Positions 6,507 to 12,752 of a stretch of 12,752 nt of DNA are shown one piece after another. This stretch comes from an uncultured bacterium (GTDB taxonomy: Bacteria > JAJVIF01 > JAPKYR01). Numbering within the stretch: the first letter of the stretch is position 1; each line of letters begins with the position of its first letter. The stretch lies in NCBI GenBank assembly GCA_965369865.1, contig CBDURU010000104.1, forward strand, positions 1 through 12,752, written 5' to 3'. A program made the translations under genes and the position numbers. Below the pieces are notes generated by a model that ran no database searches, was not told the origin of the DNA, and saw only the letters and a list, made by a program, of their open reading frames with translations.

Positions 6507-9383
6507 GTGAACACTGGAAGCAGCTTTTTGACTAGGCTTCTTGGTATAGCCTTAGCCTGTTCAATAATAACGGTTGTAACTGTGATGGCACCTGGCCACG
6601 CAGATGCCGGTTGCCGGCTGGCGGGTGTTGATATCATCACCGATACAGCCGGAGAATCGGTAGTACTGTCGGTGGAAGGCACTCCCGAATACCAGGTCGT
6701 TCCGCTTGGAGACAATTCCGGGCTGGCAATTGTCCTGGCTGATTGTGAGTTAATCGACGGGTTCAAACTTCCCGAACTTGAGCCGGGATCGGTTATCAGG
6801 CTGATAGAGTATCGACTGACCCTTCTTGCCGGTACCCAGAGTGTGGAGCTGATTATCCACATGGTGGATGGTGCCTATGAGGGGTATAACGTCGACAATT
6901 CTGAGCCTGGTATCATGAAACTCGGGCTTGCCCCGGAGATCGAAGTGCCGGTGGTAGATCCTGAACCGGTTCCAGCAAGTGAGGTTGTAGAGGACCTTGA
7001 GGTCATGTGGTACGGACCGAGGGAGGGCGATCCGGATGCTATCTTCCGTGTCGAGTCAATCGATCTCGAGACTAGTGGTGATACCGAGGTGGTGAGGATT
7101 ACACTGGATAAACCTGCCACACCGAGTATTCGGAAATTCTCGTATCCCAACAGGATTGTTTTCGAGCTGGAAGGCGGTTACTTGGCTGAGGACGTGGATG
7201 AATATTTATATACCAGCCGGGACGGTCTGGTTACGAAAATTGATATCCTGTTTTCTCCCCAGCATCTTGCGGGTGTTTTCCAGTTGATAATCTCCTGTCC
7301 CGATATGGGCAGCTATAATGTCATTGAGACTGGTTCTGAATTTACAATCACTATCTCAGGGGTTACCGAGGTAGAAGAGCTTGTCGAAGAGCTTGTTGAG
7401 GATACCCCGATCGAACCTGCGTCTGTGGATATAGAAATTGAGGACGACGAGGAAGTTGTTGCTGAGTCAGTCGAGGTGTTAGAAGAGCCTGAGGTAATTG
7501 AGGAAATACCGGTGGTTGAAACTGCCCCGGCAGTCGAGGAAATCACCTATGGTGATACAGAACCCGAGGCTGAGATTCTTGAATCTCCTGAGCCTACTCC
7601 GGAAGAGGCAGCAAATGATGATGTTGTTAACACACAGGCTGTGGATGAAGGTCCCGGATTCTATGAGTATCCATCCGTACCGATAGCGGACGAGGAATTA
7701 GAGGGCGGCAGTTACAATTTCCCTGAAGCTGAAGAATCGTTCGACCCACTGCATGTTTCGGATGCGATCGTCAGCCTGAACGTATCAGGTGCCAGGTTTG
7801 TGGATGTAATGATGATATTGGCGGAGCAGGCCGGAGTTAACTATGTACTCGATGCTTATTGGAATATCTCACCGACCGGTTTCATTCGCGAAGGATTCCG
7901 TCCACCAGGAGGCCCGAGTGGCGGGGGTGGGGGCGGAGGTTTCGGCGGTGGAGGCGGATTTAATCCGAGGGATATGGGTGGAGGCGGAGATGTCACCATG
8001 CATCTCAGTGAGGTTCCATTCGATACCGCGTTCGGGTTGCTTATGCAGTCCTTCAACCTTAAATTCCAGGTTTTCGGTTATACAGAAGATACTGACCCGA
8101 TCTTGTTCATTTCAAGTCGTGAAAGAATCGAGCAGGAGCTGGGCTTAGGAACCATACAAATTTATCAACTCCACTATATTGATTCCGGTTCCGCATTTAA
8201 TTTCCTGCAGACAATGGACCTCATGCCGTCTACATCCGGATATGGTATCTGGGAGTACGGCGGCGGAGGTGGCTCCGGTGGTAGTGGCGGAGGGGGTTAC
8301 GGCGGCGGTGGTAGCGGTTACAGTGCCAATTACCCGGGTGCTTTTATGGACCCCGTTGGTGGCGTACCTGCAGTTGATTACGGTATGTATCCCAACGGCT
8401 ATGCTTCCATCCCGATCCCACAACCCATGCAGGGTGTTGGTGGGGGCGGTTCCGGCGGCGGCGGCTTCGGTGGAGGCGGCGGCGGCAGCGGGGGCGGTGG
8501 CTTTGGTGGAGGCGGCGGCGGCACAGGTGGCGGCGGACAGGGTCAGATAGCAACCGCTAAAGGTGGAGCTATCGGTGTTATTGCAACCGAGGAAACCCAC
8601 GATCGGATCCGTGAAGCCCTTCTTCAGATTGATAAGCCGCCGAAAATGATCTTCGTTGAAGCGACTTTCATAACCTACGATGAAACTAATCCCGATGGTC
8701 GTCCGATTCAATACGGGCTTCAGAATATAGGTGACTGGGCTCTCGAATTTGGTGGCGATCGTTTCTATACTGCTTTTGACACATCCGGTAGTGAAGGTCT
8801 CATATTTGAGATCCTGCCGAAGAACCAGCGGATGCCATTCGATGACTTCCGTGCAAGGTTTCATTACCTGTTCTCAGATCGTAACGCGAAAATCATTGCA
8901 AGTCCTCGTGTCGCAGTAATAGACGGATTTAATGCTACAATTAACGTTACTGAGAACCGCCCGTTCATAGTTGACGGTGGTGTTGTCATCGACCAGTTCG
9001 GAAACCCGATTCCGGCACCCGACATTGTAACCTTCGTCCCCACAGGGACAACTCTAAGTATTACCCCTTACATTGACGACTATGGCAATGTGACGATGGC
9101 AATGTCCCCGACCAATACGTCGCTCCTTGGTGAGCCGACTCTCGTGGATGGAAACCTTATCTTTGGTACGGCTACTGCGAATATCAGTACAGTCCTGAGG
9201 ATGCGCGATGGTGAAACCATCATACTTGGCGGGCTGAAAATCAAGAACAGGGATTATCAGACCACAAGGCTGCCCCTTCTTGGCGATATTCCGTTGATCG
9301 GCGCGTTGTTTGGGAAAACCATAATAAACATTACCGAGAGCCAGTTGATTATTTTGATGACGGTACATCTGGTCGGTAGCTGA
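6507..9383 (+). CDS. pilQ: PilQ-type outer-membrane secretin with two AMIN-like domains (958 aa)
   Basis: Sec signal peptide ending ...GHADA| (6608). Two AMIN-like domains (~6612-6930 and ~7044-7358, the second with VVRITLD...PNRIVFEL). N0/STN-like IVSLNVSGARFVDVMMILAEQAGVNYVL and VTMHLSEVPFDTAF. N3-like TIQIYQLHYI...IREALLQIDKPPKMIFVEA. Secretin core AKIIASPRVAVIDG, GTTLSITPYI, MRDGETIILGGL, LPLLGDIPLIGALF, QLIILMTVHLV. AMIN domains and the neighbouring pilM/N/O favour PilQ over GspD. Confidence 0.92.
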   Translation: MNTGSSFLTRLLGIALACSIITVVTVMAPGHADAGCRLAGVDIITDTAGESVVLSVEGTPEYQVVPLGDNSGLAIVLADCELIDGFKLPELEPGSVIRLIEYRLTLLAGTQSVELIIHMVDGAYEGYNVDNSEPGIMKLGLAPEIEVPVVDPEPVPASEVVEDLEVMWYGPREGDPDAIFRVESIDLETSGDTEVVRITLDKPATPSIRKFSYPNRIVFELEGGYLAEDVDEYLYTSRDGLVTKIDILFSPQHLAGVFQLIISCPDMGSYNVIETGSEFTITISGVTEVEELVEELVEDTPIEPASVDIEIEDDEEVVAESVEVLEEPEVIEEIPVVETAPAVEEITYGDTEPEAEILESPEPTPEEAANDDVVNTQAVDEGPGFYEYPSVPIADEELEGGSYNFPEAEESFDPLHVSDAIVSLNVSGARFVDVMMILAEQAGVNYVLDAYWNISPTGFIREGFRPPGGPSGGGGGGGFGGGGGFNPRDMGGGGDVTMHLSEVPFDTAFGLLMQSFNLKFQVFGYTEDTDPILFISSRERIEQELGLGTIQIYQLHYIDSGSAFNFLQTMDLMPSTSGYGIWEYGGGGGSGGSGGGGYGGGGSGYSANYPGAFMDPVGGVPAVDYGMYPNGYASIPIPQPMQGVGGGGSGGGGFGGGGGGSGGGGFGGGGGGTGGGGQGQIATAKGGAIGVIATEETHDRIREALLQIDKPPKMIFVEATFITYDETNPDGRPIQYGLQNIGDWALEFGGDRFYTAFDTSGSEGLIFEILPKNQRMPFDDFRARFHYLFSDRNAKIIASPRVAVIDGFNATINVTENRPFIVDGGVVIDQFGNPIPAPDIVTFVPTGTTLSITPYIDDYGNVTMAMSPTNTSLLGEPTLVDGNLIFGTATANISTVLRMRDGETIILGGLKIKNRDYQTTRLPLLGDIPLIGALFGKTIINITESQLIILMTVHLVGS
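8433..8543 (+). repeat. Gly-rich GGN tract containing a tandem 36-nt (SGGGGFGGGGGG) duplication
   Basis: 8451-8486 and 8487-8522 both encode SGGGGFGGGGGG and share ggtggaggcggcggcggc. Related tracts occur at 7908-7988 and 8259-8321. Confidence 0.9.
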
Positions 9384-9449
9384 TTGATGAAACTGGTTGG
9401 TTCCATCCCGGAAGTTTCAACGAAAAAATGGCCAAATAATAAGCAAATC

Positions 9450-9488
9450 CGGACAGCCAGTGAAATATATAACTGGCTGTCTGTTTAT
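9450..9488 (+). terminator. Stem-loop after the secretin gene, probable (weak) terminator or mRNA-stabilising hairpin
   Basis: Perfect 10-bp inverted repeat GACAGCCAGT (9452-9461) / ACTGGCTGTC (9472-9481) with a 10-nt loop, extendable by G-U and C-G pairs, followed by only a short TTTAT tail. Confidence 0.6.
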
Positions 9489-9618
9489 ACAAAAAGGAAT
9501 TTCTTGAATGAATTATTTTTAAAAAAGTTCCTTTTAATCAAACCAGATCGGGCGGACAGTTGTCGTAAAGATATTATAAAAAGGTCAAGTGCCGGGTGGG
9601 GGAACTTGTGGATTATTA

Positions 9619-9627
9619 TGATATAAT
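9619..9627 (+). promoter_or_regulatory. Extended -10 promoter for pilMN-pilO
   Basis: TG-A-TATAAT (9619-9627) is a perfect TGnTATAAT element about 85 nt upstream of ATG 9712. No consensus -35 at 17-nt spacing. Confidence 0.6.
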
Positions 9628-9711
9628 AAACCCGGTGAGGGGATACCGATTGAATTACTTTAAAATAAGACCCTCACAATAAAAAAAAAACGGGATTTAT
9701 AAAGGTTAGCC

Positions 9712-11838
9712 ATGGCAGAAAAGAAAGTTATTGGCATTGATTTTACTACCAGGGAAATCCGAATGGCACAGATCGCCTACGGTCGCGGGTTACCCAAGAT
9801 CGAACGATTTGCCATCGGTCCGATACCTGAGGGTGTTTTCTCCGGTGGAAGGCTTGTGGAGCCTGGCAGGCTGGCAGAAGCCATCAAGGAACTTCTAAAA
9901 GGATACAGGTTTACTGCCAAACGTGCGGTCCTTGGCATCAGCGGCAAGTACGGTGTTACCCGGATGCTTACCCTGCCCAAGATGACCGCGGCGCAGACCA
10001 GGGACGCTATCAATCTCCAGTTAAACCAGTATGTTCCTTTCCCGCCGGCGGACAGCTTGTACGATTTCAAGACGCTGAGGGAAATCAAAACTGAGGAACA
10101 ACCATCCCAGGAAGTCCTACTCGTGGCAACCAGGCGGTCCAGCATCCAGCCACTGCTGAAAGTCGTAAAATCCGCCGGGTTATCCCTGATTGGAATTAAG
10201 ATTACTACCCTGGCATCGTTCAGTGTTTTTGAAGATATTTACATGGACAGTGAACAGGCGATCGCTTTCGTCGATGTCAGGGATTCTGTCACTGATATTT
10301 CGTTCGTTGCTGAGAATTATTTCAGGCTGGCCAGATCCATTGAGTTTGGTCTGGTTAACATGACAGAGCGGATCAGGACGAAAATGGGGCTCAATTACAA
10401 CGAAGCTGTTGAGCACCACTACCAGAATCCTGTCGACCTGATGGAGAGCTATCGTCCGGCGTTGACAGATACGGCAGAAGAGGGAATTGCCGGTGGGGAC
10501 ATTCCAACAATTCCAGAAGGTCTGGACCCTGAGGATCTCGACCGCCAGCTCGGACTTGCTAAAGGTGTGGAAACTACTGAGAAGATGATCCGTGATGCCG
10601 TGCTAAGGTCTCTTGGCCAGTTTGTAAACGAGCTGATGAGGTCTATCAGGTACTACGAGAGTCAGGCTCGTGGCCGGGCAAGAGTTGGCCGAATCGTAAT
10701 GTTCGGTTACATAGGAGGGCTTCAGGGCCTTTCTGAATATCTCGGCGAACAAATAGGCATAGATGTTACCGTTGTCACTGAGCTCCATGGAGTGGAAAGC
10801 GTTCTTGATCCGACAGATGAAGGTGAATTGAGAGGCAGGGAAGCTGTCCTTGTGGTGCCGATAGGGCTGGGTATAGAGGGCGCTAAAAGCAAGCGGATCG
10901 ATCTTAACCTGATACCTCGCGAGGCGGTCTTCCGGAGGAAGAGTTTCAACGCGTTAAAATTTGCGGTTGTAGTCGTAATAATAGTGGCCGCGATACTCGC
11001 CAACATATACATTACCCGGGACAATGAATTTAAGCAATTTAAGGATGAAGAAACGGAACTCCAGCGGAAAATAACATCGATCCAGCATCTCTACGATCGA
11101 TCGCAGGAGTTCAAGCAATATATCGACACAGTACAGGGGAAACTAGCAGGGGTTGTGACTTTGGCGGCATCGCAACCGCCCTGGCCCGTAATTGTGGATG
11201 AACTAGGGCGTGTAATGCGTGAACGTGCCTGGATAGATGAATTTCACTGGGACGCGAACGGTGCGTCCTGGGAGGTTCACGGCTTTTGTTACGGCACGGA
11301 TGAAATGCAGAGGTTGCTGGTCAATCTCTACCATTCAAAAATTCTTAATTTCTCTACCTGTGGGGATTGTGACGCTCAGAACCTGGATCAGTCAGAAGGT
11401 ACCCTCGGTGGCGGATTCGGTGGTAGCTCCGGTCCCGGAGGTACAGGATTTTCATCAAACCTGCCGGATTACGGGCAGGGTGACAACCGCTCGTTACCCG
11501 ATGGGGTCGAGATTCACGGTCCGTTATCCGGACCAAGCCCAATGGCTGATATACCGCGTCCCAGGCCAAGGTACAGGATCCCGGAAGGCGGCAGGGGTGA
11601 TTACGATATTGAGTGGTACTTCCGCGGTCACGAATTCATTGTTCCAATTTTCTATGAATTCAAGATTAGCGGCACCGTTAACCAGGCTGTAATGCAAAGC
11701 GGTATGGATATGTTTGCAGATGCAGGCCTTGGCACCATTACCGGTAGAACACCACCGTCACCAACGGGTGGCGGAGCTGGTATGCCCGGTCTTGGTGCAG
11801 GTGGCGGACCTGGTAGTCTGCCTTCCGGTGGAAGTTGA
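9712..11838 (+). CDS. pilM: Type IV pilus alignment complex protein, PilM-PilN fusion (708 aa)
   Basis: N-terminal actin/FtsA-like PilM fold: VIGIDF (9727-9744), RAVLGISG...TRMLTLPKM, QYVPFP, EVLLVAT, FVDVR..VTDISF, ELMRSIRYY, RIVMFG..GGLQGLSEYL, VPIGLGI. This continues in frame into a PilN-like part: IDLNLIP (10897-10917, equivalent of the PilN INLLP motif), one TM helix (10960-11013), coiled coil, PWPVIVDELGRVM..AWIDEF, VHG, and final strand FYEFKISG. SD-like AAAGG at 9701-9705. Confidence 0.88.
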   Translation: MAEKKVIGIDFTTREIRMAQIAYGRGLPKIERFAIGPIPEGVFSGGRLVEPGRLAEAIKELLKGYRFTAKRAVLGISGKYGVTRMLTLPKMTAAQTRDAINLQLNQYVPFPPADSLYDFKTLREIKTEEQPSQEVLLVATRRSSIQPLLKVVKSAGLSLIGIKITTLASFSVFEDIYMDSEQAIAFVDVRDSVTDISFVAENYFRLARSIEFGLVNMTERIRTKMGLNYNEAVEHHYQNPVDLMESYRPALTDTAEEGIAGGDIPTIPEGLDPEDLDRQLGLAKGVETTEKMIRDAVLRSLGQFVNELMRSIRYYESQARGRARVGRIVMFGYIGGLQGLSEYLGEQIGIDVTVVTELHGVESVLDPTDEGELRGREAVLVVPIGLGIEGAKSKRIDLNLIPREAVFRRKSFNALKFAVVVVIIVAAILANIYITRDNEFKQFKDEETELQRKITSIQHLYDRSQEFKQYIDTVQGKLAGVVTLAASQPPWPVIVDELGRVMRERAWIDEFHWDANGASWEVHGFCYGTDEMQRLLVNLYHSKILNFSTCGDCDAQNLDQSEGTLGGGFGGSSGPGGTGFSSNLPDYGQGDNRSLPDGVEIHGPLSGPSPMADIPRPRPRYRIPEGGRGDYDIEWYFRGHEFIVPIFYEFKISGTVNQAVMQSGMDMFADAGLGTITGRTPPSPTGGGAGMPGLGAGGGPGSLPSGGS

Positions 11839-11887
11839 TTTTATTACAGTATTAAATATGAAAATTATATAACAAGGAAATATCAGC

Positions 11888-11892
11888 AGGAG
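11888..11892 (+). promoter_or_regulatory. Ribosome-binding site of the pilO-like gene
   Basis: AGGAG 7 nt upstream of ATG 11900. Confidence 0.8.
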
Positions 11893-11899
11893 AGCTTCA

Positions 11900-12752
11900 A
11901 TGGATAAAGCACAGCCAGGCCGGGGAACACAGGATATTACAGTAGTGTGGATTGTTTTCGTCCTTATGGTCGTCGGTATGATTCTTGCTTACTGGTTTCT
12001 GCTATATAAACCAAAGGTTGAGGATATCACCGCGGTCCAGGCCTCGATACGGTCAAAGGAAAGCACGCTTGATAATTATAAAAGTGAAGCAAGCCAGCTT
12101 TTGAATTATGAAGACCAGTTTGCGGCTCTGGTTCATGCCTGGAACACTAACCAGCACTTTTTCGTCAATGGGCTTACATACGACGAGAACACCGGTACGT
12201 ATAAGAAACCCTTTGAAGGGCGGGAACAATGGGCAATATTCGATGCATTAAAGGCTGTTTGGTCTGCAGCCAGATTTGCCGGTATTTTCCTGTCGGAAAT
12301 GTGGGTTGCGGAATCGCTGGATTTCTACATGGATGACGTTCCTTTCGAAATTCCCTGGGAGCTCCAGAGTGCGATAGGCTGGGAAGCGAAAAATTCCGAA
12401 CGCGGAGAGAATTCGGACCCGTTATTCACATCCCATATTTTCTCAATCAAGTTCTTTGGCGACCTTGAGGAAATGCGGCGGTTCATAGAGATTCTACAGA
12501 AGCTTGAAGGTGACGTACAGAAGATATATTCGGTTCACTGCTTTGAAACCGCTAACGAAGCAGCTTACCGTGCTCAACCTCTCGGGTTCAGTGACATTGT
12601 ACTGACGAATATCACGCTCGAGATCGATATGATGCTCACTGTCCATGAACTAAACCCGGATGCCCCAAGTCCCAATAATCCACCGGATATTCCCGGTACC
12701 GCATCATGCTCCTACAGCACCGGCGGCGGTGGCGGCGGCGGCGGAGGCGGCG
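11900..12752 (+). CDS. pilO: PilO-like (PilO/GspM family) inner-membrane protein; 3'-truncated (>284 aa), absent from the ORF track
   Basis: Manual translation from ATG 11900 is open to the window end: MDKAQPGRGTQDITVVWIVFVLMVVGMILAYWFLLYKPKVEDITAVQASIRSKESTLDNYKSEASQLLNYEDQF... (short cytoplasmic tail, TM helix, coiled coil), then LFTSHIFSIKFFGDLEEMRRFIEILQKL (resembles the PilO 'I.V.G.Y..L..F...L..L' motif), LEIDMMLTVHEL, a Pro-rich segment and CSYST-G10. It lies directly after pilMN. Confidence 0.75.
   Translation, partial: MDKAQPGRGTQDITVVWIVFVLMVVGMILAYWFLLYKPKVEDITAVQASIRSKESTLDNYKSEASQLLNYEDQFAALVHAWNTNQHFFVNGLTYDENTGTYKKPFEGREQWAIFDALKAVWSAARFAGIFLSEMWVAESLDFYMDDVPFEIPWELQSAIGWEAKNSERGENSDPLFTSHIFSIKFFGDLEEMRRFIEILQKLEGDVQKIYSVHCFETANEAAYRAQPLGFSDIVLTNITLEIDMMLTVHELNPDAPSPNNPPDIPGTASCSYSTGGGGGGGGGG

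Noticed and set aside
6507..6614. Secretin as a lipoprotein (IALAC or DAGC)
   Set aside because: Neither fits the [LVI][ASTVI][GAS]C lipobox well, and the hydrophobic region continues past the first Cys to an A-D-A signal peptidase I site.
7908..8543. GGC tracts as CRISPR, mobile element or phase-variation repeats
   Set aside because: There is no repeat-spacer structure or terminal repeats. The units are in-frame triplets with mixed synonymous codons, so slippage would not switch the gene off.
9429..9445. Sigma54 promoter (TGGCCA...AAGCA)
   Set aside because: GG-to-GC spacing is 11 nt instead of the required 10, and there is no TTGC.
9384..9626. 80-aa ORF directly after pilQ (possible PilP or pilotin)
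   Set aside because: TTG/ATG start without a clear SD, no signal peptide or lipobox, AT-rich composition unlike the flanking genes, and it spans the hairpin and promoter elements.
9635..9694. preQ1-I riboswitch
   Set aside because: The stem plus A-rich tail is superficially similar, but the loop is 29 nt, lacks the conserved loop nucleotides, and the downstream gene is unrelated to queuosine.
1232..11692. Numerous short alternative-frame and antisense ORFs (e.g. 8145..8864 -, 6428..6862 -, 11237..11692 +)
   Set aside because: All overlap long, motif-supported genes and have no recognisable motifs. The Ala/Pro/Arg-rich ones are shadows of the GGN tracts.

Overview
All real genes lie on the + strand and form a type IV filament (type IVa pilus / type II secretion-like) locus of a diderm bacterium. 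In order: (1) the 3' part of a large minor (pseudo)pilin-like gene open from the window edge (<3..1208, >401 aa, GspJ/PilW-like); (2) a giant (~1606 aa) GspK-family tip pseudopilin with a class III signal peptide, three GspK/HhH-like helical repeats, an inserted six-bladed TolB/PD40-like beta-propeller and DxDxDG-type loops, followed by an intrinsic terminator; (3) a PilQ-type secretin with its own sigma70-like promoter, two AMIN-like domains, a long acidic linker and Gly-rich inserts; (4) a PilM-PilN fusion with degenerate actin-fold nucleotide motifs behind an extended -10 promoter; (5) a PilO-like gene missing from the ORF track (11900..>12752) that runs off the window in a poly-Gly tract. 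The most notable features are the giant propeller-containing GspK-like pilin next to PilQ/PilMN/PilO machinery, the PilM-PilN fusion, and Gly-rich tracts shared by secretin, PilN and PilO. Family calls come from motif recognition by eye, not database searches, so novelty is unverified. No rRNA, tRNA, CRISPR array or mobile element was seen.
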